A stretch of 32,000 bases of DNA from an uncultured archaeon (lineage in GTDB: Archaea; Iainarchaeota; Iainarchaeia; Iainarchaeales; CSSED10-239): contig CAZCAP010000002.1 of assembly GCA_964496765.1 (NCBI GenBank), positions 1 to 32,000 of the forward strand, read 5' to 3'. Position 1 is the first letter of the stretch; every line of letters starts with the position of its first letter. A program made the translations under genes and the position numbers. Positions 1 to 9,932 of the stretch are shown here, one piece after another. The notes below the pieces were generated by a model. That model did not search any database and had not been told where the DNA came from. It saw only the letters and a list, made by a program, of their open reading frames with translations.

Positions 1-73
1 TCAAAGCAACTGCAACCACGATAATCAATATAGTTGCAATAAGTGCGGAAACACCATTTTTATTTAATTTCAT
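1..73 (-). CDS. Type IV pilin/archaellin-like protein, N-terminal fragment (runs off the left window edge)
   Basis: Reverse strand from the ATG at 73 reads MKLNKNGVSALIATILIIVVAVAL..., a class III signal peptide (K-x-G followed by a hydrophobic stretch). Not in the ORF track because it is truncated. Confidence 0.75.
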   Translation of the reverse strand, partial: MKLNKNGVSALIATILIIVVAVAL

Positions 74-101
74 ATATTCACCATTTTAGTTTTTAATTTG
101 T

Positions 102-572
102 TTATGTACACTTTGTTGTATATGTCATTTTATCAGGACAACTGGTTACGTGGACTTGAACCTTTTTTAGTGGTGTAACCAAGTCAGTAAAATCATCAGG
201 ATTAGAATAAACTGTATTATTAACCGCCATTGCATTACCTGTGAAATTAGGTTCAAAAGTTGAACTTGCAATAGTATTATTATTATCAATGACTGTCATA
301 ACTATATTATTATCGATTTGAACAGTAGACTTATCATACAATATAAAATTCAAACCATCAGTTGAATCATAGGTACACCCATAATCAATATAGATATCAA
401 CTGCACTACAGTCAATCCATTTATTTGTAGTATCAGATAAGCTTGCGGTTGTTTCTTTTGCATTCTGGCTAGACCAGGAATACAATATACCAGCAAGTGA
501 AAGTGATACAGCAACTAAAAGTATAGTTGCAATAAGTGGTGATAAACCTTTTTTCTTAATTAATAACTTCAT
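102..572 (-). CDS. Archaeal type IV pilin/archaellin-like protein
   Basis: N-terminus MKLLIKKKG|LSPLIATILLVAVSLSLAGILYSWSS matches the archaeal class III signal peptide and pilin N-terminal helix. Confidence 0.85.
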   Translation of the reverse strand: MKLLIKKKGLSPLIATILLVAVSLSLAGILYSWSSQNAKETTASLSDTTNKWIDCSAVDIYIDYGCTYDSTDGLNFILYDKSTVQIDNNIVMTVIDNNNTIASSTFEPNFTGNAMAVNNTVYSNPDDFTDLVTPLKKVQVHVTSCPDKMTYTTKCT

Positions 573-646
573 ATTAAATTCCTTCTTTATAATTATATAT
601 CATAGATACATATATAAATATATCTTTATTACTTTTCAAACAATGG

Positions 647-1507
647 TTATGGAATAAATAACAAAGAAACAACAACATAAATTGGAACGGACACAGAAAT
701 TAATATTACAGTGTGCTTTATTCCAGCAATTGAATTTCCTTCAGATATTTTACCAATAACTGGTCCTGCAAATATGCCTTGAATAATGATTAAATATAAA
801 AAATATCTATTAAAGTTAACATCAGATAAGGATTCTGTTTCTTTAACCGTTGAGCTTCCAGTCATTGACATTGAATTTGAACTCAACATAGGTAAAAATA
901 TAATTTGAATAATTAAAATAATGGCAATGAACACAAAAAACATAAAATAACTTGAAAAAACAGTTGAAAATGTTTTTGATCTTCTTTCATCAATCATATC
1001 ATTAACTGTTCTTACATATGTGGAAACTGATGCAAAAACTTTAATAATATTACCCCCAACTTTTGTAGTTTCAGAAATAATTTGTGCAACCTGTAAAAAC
1101 AATGGACTATCTATTTTACCAAAAACTTCTGTTAGTGCAACATCGAATGGAACCCCAATCTTCACCTGGGCTGCAAGTCTCTTTAGTGGTTCATTTAATG
1201 CACCATAGTCATGTTCTGTTGTTATCTCTATGGCAGTAACAATATTCATACCACCCTGAAGAAGATCTTTTAGGTCGTCAAGAAAAATAAATAAATTTCT
1301 TTCTAGAGAAGTCATTTTTGCAGCATGTATTCTTGCTGCAAGCCCAACTGCAAGCAATATAGGAAATATTGCAAAAATAACAAACTTAGTATTAAATAAA
1401 GCAACCAGGAGGATTATACTACCAATCCCACCTCTAACACAATACTTTAGAAAAAATTCTTGCTTAGGTGTTAGGTCTATTTGCAATAAACTTTTGTAAT
1501 CAAACAT
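647..1507 (-). CDS. Type II secretion F-domain membrane protein (FlaJ/TadC-like pilus assembly platform)
   Basis: 286 aa, several TM segments, F-domain pattern (FLDDLKDLLQGGMNIVTAIEIT...GKIDSPLFLQVAQIISETTKVGGNIIKVFASVS). Adjacent to pilins and a second F-domain gene. Confidence 0.8.
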   Translation of the reverse strand: MFDYKSLLQIDLTPKQEFFLKYCVRGGIGSIILLVALFNTKFVIFAIFPILLAVGLAARIHAAKMTSLERNLFIFLDDLKDLLQGGMNIVTAIEITTEHDYGALNEPLKRLAAQVKIGVPFDVALTEVFGKIDSPLFLQVAQIISETTKVGGNIIKVFASVSTYVRTVNDMIDERRSKTFSTVFSSYFMFFVFIAIILIIQIIFLPMLSSNSMSMTGSSTVKETESLSDVNFNRYFLYLIIIQGIFAGPVIGKISEGNSIAGIKHTVILISVSVPIYVVVSLLFIP

Positions 1508-1519
1508 ATACTATTCACT

Positions 1520-2401
1520 CTATCCAACTAAATTTATTATTATTATGAAAATTATATTAATTAATGGTACTACAAAGAACACACCAAGAACCACAAGCAG
1601 GGATATGCTCAATCCACCAATTCCCCCGCTTCCAACCATTCCAAGAAGCATAATTCCAGAAAAAATAAATAATGGCCCCGCAATTACAACTGTTGAATAA
1701 ATATCTCCAAATGCATCTGCTTTTTTATTTTGGTTATCTAGCATTAATTTAAACTCAAACCTTGCATGATCAGCTTTCTTTTTCATAAACTCTGACAATG
1801 AACCACCAGATTCCACATTTGATTTTAAATCAAGTAAAAATTTCTTGAGCTCGAATGAAGGAGTTTTCTTTGCAACCAAATCAATTGCTTCTAAAAGAGA
1901 GATACCTAAATTATCAATATAATAAATTATTTTTGAAAACTCAGCACTAAGATATTCATTCTTTCCTCTAATTATTGTGGTTGAAAAAATGGCTTCCGGC
2001 GGGGCTCCTGATTCAGCAACACTAGACATTCCAAGTATTACTAGAGGCAGATTGATTTTTATACTTGTTATTTTTGATCCTACAATCATATAGGGATTAA
2101 ATAGAGCATATGCAGAAAATCCAACAAGTGCAATTATTGCTATAATAAGCACTGTTCCAAATGAAACTGATGTTGGAAAAGCAAAGGTTAATAGGCTTCC
2201 AAAAAATAAAATTAATATGAATGCCATTACTGCATAAAAAAACCATCTTGAAAAATAAGAATCCATATCTTCTGCAATATCTGCCTGTTCTAGCTTGGTA
2301 TCAAATTCTGGAAAGTTAATGTTTCTAGTGATAGGTAGAAAAAGTTCATACATCTTTTTTTCTAGAGGTGATGGTATTGATTTTTTTAATAGTCTGTCCA
2401 T
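1520..2401 (-). CDS. Type II secretion F-domain membrane protein (FlaJ/TadB-like)
   Basis: 293 aa. LPLVILGMSSVAESGAPPEAIFSTTI...LLDLKSNVESGGSLSEFMKKKADHARFEF, flanked by TM segments. 12-bp gap to the next F-domain gene. Confidence 0.8.
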   Translation of the reverse strand: MDRLLKKSIPSPLEKKMYELFLPITRNINFPEFDTKLEQADIAEDMDSYFSRWFFYAVMAFILILFFGSLLTFAFPTSVSFGTVLIIAIIALVGFSAYALFNPYMIVGSKITSIKINLPLVILGMSSVAESGAPPEAIFSTTIIRGKNEYLSAEFSKIIYYIDNLGISLLEAIDLVAKKTPSFELKKFLLDLKSNVESGGSLSEFMKKKADHARFEFKLMLDNQNKKADAFGDIYSTVVIAGPLFIFSGIMLLGMVGSGGIGGLSISLLVVLGVFFVVPLINIIFIIIINLVG

Positions 2402-2481
2402 TATATAATCTTACTCTATAAAATATATTATATTCAATATATAAGTTAACTATTTTATTTTTATATCTTTCTATATATACA

Positions 2482-3585
2482 TTACACAGTAAATTCAACA
2501 ATATCTTTATTTTTTAAGATATAATTTTTAGAAACAGTCATTCCAGGAAACTTAGTGGAACCCCAAACCCTTGCATACTTCAGATCCCTAGCAAATGTTT
2601 TGTGTATTGATTTTGCGGCATCAAGAACTGTTGCTCCCTGGTCAAGAACCAGTGGTTCAGTGGTGTCTGCTTTTCTTCCTGGTTTTTTTGTATAAATTAT
2701 GTTTTTATTAACTAGTCTAAATATGTCTTCAGTTATTTCTAACTTTTGGGATAGATCAAAGGTGTGTATGTTCCTGTAGGTAAATGATTTTATTGCTTTT
2801 GTAAATGGCATTGAAACAGCAATTGTCTTAACAAAGCAAGCTCTTGGATTAATTAATCTTACTAGATCATCCAAGCTTGTTTTTTCATTTAAAATAATGT
2901 TATGGGATCTAAATCCTGCATTTTTTAAAAAATTAGTTGCTTGTTCCTTTGGAATTTGAAGATTTTGCTCGTTAACAAATGAAACTCCTAGATATTCACT
3001 TCTAATTATTTCAATTTTTGGTTTATCATGAGTAATAAAAACATCCTTTCTCTCAAGCTTTGTAATTAGAATATCAAGTTCATCCCTTGAACCATCTTTA
3101 ATTATAAGAATAATTGCATCTGCAACCCTCATCATTGAATAAACCTGTGTTGAAAGTTCTTGATTTTCTAAAAATGAAGGAACCTCTATTAATTGAATTA
3201 TTGCACCACCAAAATTTAATACACCAACCTCTGGTCTTTTTGTAGTATAGGGATAGGGCGCAATAACAGGTTTCGCATTTGTAAGATTGGTAAGAAATGT
3301 GCTTTTTCCAGAATTTGGAAGTCCAACAATAACAACCTGACCAGCTCCTTCTTTCTTAATATTTATTGCATTACCTGATTTCTTAGCAGCTGCTGCTTGC
3401 TTTTCCATTTTTGATTTCAAAGCAGACAATTTTCTTGAAAGTTCTTTTCTTAAATTTTCTGCACCCTTATGGCTAGGAGCTTTAGACATCATGTCCTGAA
3501 GAGCAATAATTTTTTCATCATCACTTCTTGCATCATCATATCTTTTTTCTGCAATAGCATACTCAAAAGAAACATTTGTAGGCAT
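2482..3585 (-). CDS. DRG/OBG-family GTPase with C-terminal TGS domain
   Basis: Walker A GLPNSGKST, TTKRPEVGVLNFGGAIIQLIEVP, and a C-terminal TGS-like region (ATVLDAAKSIHKTFARDLKYARVWG). Confidence 0.88.
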   Translation of the reverse strand: MPTNVSFEYAIAEKRYDDARSDDEKIIALQDMMSKAPSHKGAENLRKELSRKLSALKSKMEKQAAAAKKSGNAINIKKEGAGQVVIVGLPNSGKSTFLTNLTNAKPVIAPYPYTTKRPEVGVLNFGGAIIQLIEVPSFLENQELSTQVYSMMRVADAIILIIKDGSRDELDILITKLERKDVFITHDKPKIEIIRSEYLGVSFVNEQNLQIPKEQATNFLKNAGFRSHNIILNEKTSLDDLVRLINPRACFVKTIAVSMPFTKAIKSFTYRNIHTFDLSQKLEITEDIFRLVNKNIIYTKKPGRKADTTEPLVLDQGATVLDAAKSIHKTFARDLKYARVWGSTKFPGMTVSKNYILKNKDIVEFTV

Positions 3586-3601
3586 AGCTTTTTTTCTCAG
3601 T

Positions 3602-4210
3602 TTATTTATTAGTTATCTTTAATATTATTAGTTTCTCAAAGAATATATTCCTTTCCCTGAGTATACTATAGTGTAAATTGTTTTTTATAATTTGCTTAAA
3701 TATGTAATGAGGGTTGTTAAATGATGAAATTAGTAAATAACACACTCCATTCTTTGATAAATGTTCTTTTAAACCTTTTAAAAATTTTAAAATTACCCCT
3801 CTTCCAAAAGCTCCACCATCTGTTGCTAATTTTTCAATTTCTTCTTCTTTAGGAATTCCCTGGGAAGGAACATAGGGTGGATTGAATATAATTAAATCAA
3901 ATTTCCTTTTAATATTATTGAAAAGATTTGATTTTATTATTTTCATTTTATCTAATTTATATTTTATTTTTAAATCATTAAAATAATTAATTACTATTGG
4001 ATTAATATCAGTAACAACTAATTCATTTACTTGTTTGTAAATTCCAAGAGATATGTATCCTGAGCCAGCACCCATTTCTAGAGCACAATCAATAGATTTT
4101 TGTTTTAAATCTGTTTCCAGGGTTTCAAGTAAAAGATATGTGTCTTCTGCAGGAGGATAAATTTCCGGAGGAAGAGATAAACAATACTCTTTAAAATTCA
4201 TTTTTATCAT
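3602..4210 (-). CDS. HemK2/Mtq2-like class I SAM methyltransferase (probable release-factor glutamine methyltransferase)
   Basis: LEMGAGSGYISLGI SAM motif and the (N)PPY catalytic motif IIFNPPYVP. The track ORF extends to 4264, but MIKMNFKEYCLSLPPEIYPPAEDT from 4210 (or 4201) is the likelier start because the longer version overlaps the divergent gene. Confidence 0.83.
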   Translation of the reverse strand: MIKMNFKEYCLSLPPEIYPPAEDTYLLLETLETDLKQKSIDCALEMGAGSGYISLGIYKQVNELVVTDINPIVINYFNDLKIKYKLDKMKIIKSNLFNNIKRKFDLIIFNPPYVPSQGIPKEEEIEKLATDGGAFGRGVILKFLKGLKEHLSKNGVCYLLISSFNNPHYIFKQIIKNNLHYSILRERNIFFEKLIILKITNK

Positions 4211-4219
4211 AATATATAT

Positions 4220-4969
4220 ATGATTAATAAAGATTATAATGCTTATCTTGATGTCCATTGCCACTATGATGAATTAAAAGTAGATTATCTAAGAGAAACA
4301 TTAACTAAAAATAATATCCATGCAATTAGTGCATCAGTTGATATTGAGAGCTATAGAAGACTGGAAAAATTAAGAACTGAAAAAATAAATAACATTAATT
4401 TCGCATATGGGATTTATCCTGATGAGGTTATTAAAAAATCAATTACCACACTTCTTGATGAACTAAAAGAAATTAATTTCGAAAATGCAATTGCCATTGG
4501 GGAGATTGGACTAGATTATAAGGTTACAAAAGATATTCAATTAAGAGACAATCAAAAAATACTTTTTGCAAAACAACTGGAGATTGCAGAAAAGCTTGAT
4601 AAACCAATTATTGTACACACAAGGTATGCAACAAAAGCAACTCTTGATTTTCTAAAAGATTATAACAGACTAACAGTTATTCTTCATTGGTTCTCTGGTA
4701 ATCCAAATGAAATTAAAGAAGCACTAGATAGAGGGTATTATCTTACTCAAAGATATGCAAGCCCAAAAATAGAAAACTTAAAAGAAAAATTGTGCCAAAT
4801 ATTTATTGAAACAGATTATCCAGTTTACAAAGATGGGAAACCAATTGAAATCACAGGAATAATTGATTCCTATGATTCTTTTTGTAAGGAATATAATCTC
4901 TCACTGGAGAATATAAAAGAACGAATGATAAAAAATTTTGAAAAGGTATTTAATAGGATTGATGAATAA
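4220..4969 (+). CDS. TatD-family metal-dependent hydrolase
   Basis: LDVHCHYDEL, IGEIGLDY, KPIIVHTRYA, LHWFSGN and FIETDYP are TatD/amidohydrolase motifs in the right order. Confidence 0.87.
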   Translation: MINKDYNAYLDVHCHYDELKVDYLRETLTKNNIHAISASVDIESYRRLEKLRTEKINNINFAYGIYPDEVIKKSITTLLDELKEINFENAIAIGEIGLDYKVTKDIQLRDNQKILFAKQLEIAEKLDKPIIVHTRYATKATLDFLKDYNRLTVILHWFSGNPNEIKEALDRGYYLTQRYASPKIENLKEKLCQIFIETDYPVYKDGKPIEITGIIDSYDSFCKEYNLSLENIKERMIKNFEKVFNRIDE

Positions 4970-5002
4970 GTATATAACAAGTTAAATTGAATGTGAAATA
5001 TT

Positions 5003-5665
5003 ATGGCAGAAGAAGTTGTTTTTGAGGATTTCCAACCAAAGGAAATTAAATTTAAAAAATATTTAGAATTAAGAGATATAACCATAGCTTGGCTTGCCAT
5101 ATCTATTTGCTTTGCACTAGTTCTTGGTGGATTTAATGTGATTGCAGGAATTAAAATAAAATTTTTATTTGCCTGGGCAAAACTTCCACTATATTTGATC
5201 ATTTCATTAATAGTTACAGGAACATCCTTTATTTTACATGAATTAGCACACAAATATTCAGCAATATACATTGGTGCAAAAGCTAAATTTGTAATGTGGA
5301 GAAATTCATTAATACTTTCTGTTGCTTTTTCTGCAATTGTTGGATTTGTTTTTGTTGCTCCAGGTGCAGTTTATATTTATGGGAAAAGGTTAACCATTAA
5401 AGAAGATGGATTAACATCACTTGCTGGCCCAGCAATAAATATTATTATGGGATTTATATTTATTATTATATTTATTTTACTTGGCTCACCACAAACTGGA
5501 CTTGCATCACTAATAATTAGCTACGGAATTTTTATTAATTTCTGGATTGCATTATTCAATCTTCTTCCAATAGGTCCATTGGATGGAAGAAAAATATTCA
5601 CCTGGAATCCAGCAATCTGGGTAATTGCAACTGCAATTCCAGTATTGTTTTTATTTATATTCTAG
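5003..5665 (+). CDS. Membrane-embedded site-2-type metalloprotease (peptidase M50 family)
   Basis: HExxH in a TM context (FILHELAHKYSA) and a second motif NLLPIGPLDGRKIF. Confidence 0.88.
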   Translation: MAEEVVFEDFQPKEIKFKKYLELRDITIAWLAISICFALVLGGFNVIAGIKIKFLFAWAKLPLYLIISLIVTGTSFILHELAHKYSAIYIGAKAKFVMWRNSLILSVAFSAIVGFVFVAPGAVYIYGKRLTIKEDGLTSLAGPAINIIMGFIFIIIFILLGSPQTGLASLIISYGIFINFWIALFNLLPIGPLDGRKIFTWNPAIWVIATAIPVLFLFIF

Positions 5666-5675
5666 TGCAAGATAT

Positions 5676-7844
5676 TTATTGAATATATCTTGCAATAGTT
5701 CTATCTTCTTTAAATGAATCATAAATAGAATCTGTATTATTTTCTTTCAGATTTTTTCTCATTTTTTCAAAAATCTGGGTTATGTGCTTTTCCTTTAGCT
5801 TTGTATCTTTGTAATCTGATTCCTTGATTGCAAGAAGAACTGAATCAGTAATTAATAATTGAAGATCAGCACCAGTAAATCCATTTGTTTTTTTAACAAG
5901 AGTATCCACATTAATTTTATCATGTGGTGTCTTCTTTAAAAGAACATCAATTATCTCTTTTCTGTCTACATCACTAGGAACTCTGAACTCAATTATTTTA
6001 TCTATTCTTCCTGAACGAAGGAATGACTTATCAATTAGATCAGGGCGATTACTTGCAGCAACAAACACGATGTCTTTTCCTGAAATGTTATCGAGCTCAG
6101 ATAATAATTGATCAAGAACTTTTGTTTGATTTGTGTTTCCATCCTTATCTCTTGTAATGGAATCAATCTCATCAAAGAAAAGAATACAGGGTGAGACGTC
6201 CTTTGCTTTCTTAAATATGTTTCTAATTGTTTTTTCACTTTCTCCAAGATATTTATCAAGAACCTCGGGGCCCTTAACATAAATAAAATTCACTTTAAAC
6301 TCCTTAGCGCTTGCTTTAACAAACATGGTTTTTCCAGTACCAGGAAGCCCATAGAGTAATATTTTGGTTTGTGGTTTAATGTTCATTTTTTCAAGAAGCT
6401 CTTTCTTCTTGAGATTAAGATTAATAACATCTCTCATAATTTCTTTCTCATTCTTCAAAGCACCAATTGATGAATAATCTATATCTGGAATTTCGACAAA
6501 TACCTCACGAAGACCAGATGGTTGTATTAGTTTTAATGCACCCATGAAATCATTTTTTGTAATACATAATTTTTCTAGGATAGCCAAAGGAATCCCTTCA
6601 TTTTTTTTCTTTTTATCAAACAAATCCAAGTCCTTAACAGCTCTTTTGATTGAAATAATTGCAGCTTCCTTTACTAAATGCGCAAGATCTGCACCCACAA
6701 AACCATGTGTTATTTTTGAAATTTCTTTTAGAGACACGTTTTTATCCATTGGAACATTTCTAGTGTGTATTCGCAAGATATCTAATCTGCCTTCCTCATC
6801 AGGAACTGAAATATTTATTTCCCTATCGAATCTTCCTGGTCTTCTTAGAGCTGGATCAATGTCTGAGCTTCTGTTTGTTGCACCAATAATAATTACATCC
6901 CCACGATTACTCATTCCATCCATTGATGCAAGGAGTTGGGCAACAACTCTTTTTTCAACCTCATTAACTAGATTTTCTCTTTTTGGTGCAATTGCATCAA
7001 TCTCATCAATAAATATAATTGCTGGAGTCTTGCTTTGTGCTTTCTTAAATATCTGTCTTAGGCGTTCCTCTGCTTCTCCAACATATTTTGCCATAATTTG
7101 AGGCGCATCAAATGCAATAAAGTTTGCTTTCAACTCATTTGATAGTGCTTTTGCTAAAAGTGTTTTTCCAGTTCCTGGAGGTCCATAAAGTAGAATTCCC
7201 TTTGGAGGAGTAACATTTAATTTATTAAATAATTCAGGATACTTGAATGGAAGTTCAACCATTTCCTTTACTGCATCCATTTGTTTTCTTAAACCACCAA
7301 CATCCTCATAGCCAATAAATGTTTCTGCTTTTAATTGGGTTATTGGCTTTTTACTAACTACAAAATTAGTTGCATCAGATAAGATTACACAACCTGCAGG
7401 CTTAGTTTCTTTAATATAATAAAGATAACTTGTTCCAAACACATTTATCATAACAGTGTTACCTTCTAGGAAGGGTCTTCCAAGAAAGCTTCTTTTAATA
7501 ATTAGATCATAGTTATCTGATAACAGATTTACTTCCTTTAGGGGCACCATAACAATTTCTTGGGCAATTTGAGGATTAATCTTTTTAATTGTAACTATAT
7601 CTCCTATTGTAACTCCTGCATTCTGTCTTGTGTATTGATCCATTCTAATTGTATTTTCATCCAGTGGATTATTTTTCTCAGGCCATACTTGAGCAACAGT
7701 TTTCTTTTCACCCATTATCTCAATAACGTCTCCAGAGATGATTTCAAGCTTTTGCTTAAGAATAACAGATAAGGTAATTATTCCTTTCCCAATATAATCT
7801 CCAAGAGCTTCCTGGACTTTAAGTTTGATTTCTGTTTCTTGCAT
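5676..7844 (-). CDS. cdc48: Cdc48/VCP-type AAA+ ATPase with two AAA domains
   Basis: Two Walker A/B pairs (GPPGTGKTLLAKAL / IIFIDEIDAIAPKR; GLPGTGKTMFVKA / ILFFDEIDSITRD), an N-terminal double-psi barrel-like region and an SRH motif (RRPGRFDREI). Confidence 0.93.
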   Translation of the reverse strand: MQETEIKLKVQEALGDYIGKGIITLSVILKQKLEIISGDVIEIMGEKKTVAQVWPEKNNPLDENTIRMDQYTRQNAGVTIGDIVTIKKINPQIAQEIVMVPLKEVNLLSDNYDLIIKRSFLGRPFLEGNTVMINVFGTSYLYYIKETKPAGCVILSDATNFVVSKKPITQLKAETFIGYEDVGGLRKQMDAVKEMVELPFKYPELFNKLNVTPPKGILLYGPPGTGKTLLAKALSNELKANFIAFDAPQIMAKYVGEAEERLRQIFKKAQSKTPAIIFIDEIDAIAPKRENLVNEVEKRVVAQLLASMDGMSNRGDVIIIGATNRSSDIDPALRRPGRFDREINISVPDEEGRLDILRIHTRNVPMDKNVSLKEISKITHGFVGADLAHLVKEAAIISIKRAVKDLDLFDKKKKNEGIPLAILEKLCITKNDFMGALKLIQPSGLREVFVEIPDIDYSSIGALKNEKEIMRDVINLNLKKKELLEKMNIKPQTKILLYGLPGTGKTMFVKASAKEFKVNFIYVKGPEVLDKYLGESEKTIRNIFKKAKDVSPCILFFDEIDSITRDKDGNTNQTKVLDQLLSELDNISGKDIVFVAASNRPDLIDKSFLRSGRIDKIIEFRVPSDVDRKEIIDVLLKKTPHDKINVDTLVKKTNGFTGADLQLLITDSVLLAIKESDYKDTKLKEKHITQIFEKMRKNLKENNTDSIYDSFKEDRTIARYIQ

Positions 7845-7861
7845 AACTAATCATTTCTATT

Positions 7862-8668
7862 TTATTCAATTAATTTACAATCTCCTGGTGGGAGCATTGC
7901 ATCTATTTCTTCGGTGGTCACAGTTATTCCTTTTTTTTCTAATTTTTTCTTTAATTCAGCTACAACTGTTGATTTTCTTTCTTCTCCAGGAATTAACTTA
8001 AAACAAAGTTTATGTTTACTTTTGATCACATCAAATGGCCCAGAAACCACACCTAGCTTTTCATCAAAACCCAATCCACAGGTTAGGTCTAGTTTTCTAA
8101 AGTATTCTCTTTTCCCTCTAATCACAAATGCTCCAGAACCAACAGATTCTCCTGTGTTTGCTGTTTTTGAAACCTGATCAGGGGTTGTTGAATATACATC
8201 AACAGAAAATATTTTTGATTTCCAAGCTGAAGAAAACATTCCAGCAAAGGTTGCTGCTTCTCTTCTATCCCCCTCTTCAATATCTTCTTTCTTAGGATTT
8301 TTAATGATCACGTGCGGAGCTCCATGGATATCAGCATGAAAATAAACATCCTCATCTTCCATGTGCTTTTTAATTAATAGTTCATTATTTCTTGAATCTC
8401 GTCCAGCAAGCACAAGATGATTATTGGTTGTAAAGAACCATCTGAATTTATGGTACCACAGATTTGCTACTGATTTATCTTTCTTTTTTTCAAAAATGGT
8501 TTTTTCCTTTTTTGTTTTTATTTCATTTTCCTTTTCTATTAATTTTTTTTCTGTAACTTTAAGTGCATTTTCTAAACGAGAGAGTTTACCCTTATATTTA
8601 TTTCTTTCATTATATTTATTTTCTGCATTACGTCCAGCACCCAGCAGATAATTTATTTCAACGTCCAT
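7862..8668 (-). CDS. NFACT-R (DUF814) domain protein, Rqc2/NEMF-related, without the N-terminal NFACT-N/FbpA part
   Basis: WYHKFRWFFTTNNHLVLAGRDSRNNELLIKKHMEDEDVYFHADIHGAPHVIIKN and TGESVGSGAFVIRGKREYF, preceded by a coiled-coil-like stretch. Only 268 aa. Confidence 0.85.
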   Translation of the reverse strand: MDVEINYLLGAGRNAENKYNERNKYKGKLSRLENALKVTEKKLIEKENEIKTKKEKTIFEKKKDKSVANLWYHKFRWFFTTNNHLVLAGRDSRNNELLIKKHMEDEDVYFHADIHGAPHVIIKNPKKEDIEEGDRREAATFAGMFSSAWKSKIFSVDVYSTTPDQVSKTANTGESVGSGAFVIRGKREYFRKLDLTCGLGFDEKLGVVSGPFDVIKSKHKLCFKLIPGEERKSTVVAELKKKLEKKGITVTTEEIDAMLPPGDCKLIE

Positions 8669-8690
8669 ATTATCATCACAAATTTAATTT

Positions 8691-9236
8691 TTATTTATCC
8701 TCAATACCCTGTTCCTCTGCTAAAAGATCAATGATTGCATCAATCTCATTGGTTTTTTTATGATAGGGATTTGATAAATAAAACACAGAACTTTTTTTAA
8801 CAAAATCATAGTAGTTGGGAATTGTGTGAGCATACTTATTTTTAATATTATTATAATAATCTTCTATATTCTTTGATAAAAAACCAATTGCAAAGTTTGT
8901 ATTATTTTCAGAAATCACTTCTGATGCAATCAACACATTTTTATCCCTGCTAATAACTCCTAATAATTTTTTATAGGCTTCCTTATTGGACACATCCAAT
9001 TGGAGGTAGGACTTTGCAGGAAGATTATAACCAACTAGTTGAGGATCAAGTAGTGGTCTATAGCCTGTAATGAATTTTTCTTCTTCAAAAAAATCAATGG
9101 ATGATTTTATGGTTGCACGATGAAAGCCAGTAACCTTTTTTATTCTCCTGATATTTGGAAGAATACATCCATTTTTTCTCATTGCAGTTAATATCTTTAT
9201 CCTTATTGGATCTGTTATTTTTTTAACAATAGCCAT
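8691..9236 (-). CDS. Predicted winged-HTH protein with uncharacterised C-terminus
   Basis: N-terminal DPIRIKILTAMRKNGCILPNIRRIKKVTGFHRATIKSSIDFFEEEKFITGY resembles a wHTH fold. Confidence 0.5.
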   Translation of the reverse strand: MAIVKKITDPIRIKILTAMRKNGCILPNIRRIKKVTGFHRATIKSSIDFFEEEKFITGYRPLLDPQLVGYNLPAKSYLQLDVSNKEAYKKLLGVISRDKNVLIASEVISENNTNFAIGFLSKNIEDYYNNIKNKYAHTIPNYYDFVKKSSVFYLSNPYHKKTNEIDAIIDLLAEEQGIEDK

Positions 9237-9409
9237 ATTTAATGCACCAATATAAATAGTAGAAAGAAACTAATATAAATAGTTAGATTGTACTAAAAGG
9301 AACACTTATTACCTATTTTTTAAAATAACTATATTTAAAATAGTTTCTAGTAATATATTTAATATATAAGTCTATTTTTATATAATATAAAATAAATAAT
9401 TGATAAAAT

Positions 9410-9613
9410 ATGGAAAAATTAACAAAATATGAAGTAACAAGATTACTTTCTGCAAGAGCTGAACAGATATCATCTGGTGCTCCTCCACTTGTTAGAACCA
9501 AGAAGGATGACACACCCTATGAGCTTGCAATAATAGAATTTGATAAAAAAAGAATACCACTTGCTGTGATTAGAACAACAAATGGAATACAGGAAATTAT
9601 AAGTGTGAATTAA
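9410..9613 (+). CDS. rpoK: DNA-directed RNA polymerase subunit K (Rpb6-like)
   Basis: LTKYEVTRLLSARAEQISSGAPPLV...PYELAIIEFDKKRIPLAVIR is the characteristic RpoK/Rpb6 signature. Confidence 0.92.
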   Translation: MEKLTKYEVTRLLSARAEQISSGAPPLVRTKKDDTPYELAIIEFDKKRIPLAVIRTTNGIQEIISVN

Positions 9614-9614
9614 T

Positions 9615-9896
9615 ATGGGAAAAGCAATGTCAAATGCCATAAAGGCAAAAGCAAAAATAATAATAACTGAGTTTAAAGATAAGCTTAGTATTGAGTTTAA
9701 GAAGAACAAGGACTTTTTAAAAAGCATGAATCTTCCATTATCTAAGTTAACAATCAACCTAATGGCAGGATACATTACAAGAAACTTCAAGAAAGAAAAG
9801 AAAGCTTCTGAAGAGCTTAATAATCTTGGAGCAAAAAGTAGAGATGCTAATAAAATACCTATGAAAGAAGCAAAAGACACACAAATACATGGTTAA
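9615..9896 (+). CDS. Conserved small hypothetical protein, basic and helical
   Basis: ORF starts 2 bp after rpoK on the same strand. No recognised domain. Confidence 0.45.
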   Translation: MGKAMSNAIKAKAKIIITEFKDKLSIEFKKNKDFLKSMNLPLSKLTINLMAGYITRNFKKEKKASEELNNLGAKSRDANKIPMKEAKDTQIHG

Positions 9897-9932
9897 TTGC
9901 AATTCTTTCCTTTTTTTAATTTTTTTTATAAA

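Noticed and set aside
7660-7668. Third TCCAGTGGA (ORB-like) motif
   Set aside because: Sits inside the cdc48 coding sequence with no origin context, so it is treated as a chance match and used to lower confidence in the orc1-upstream motifs.
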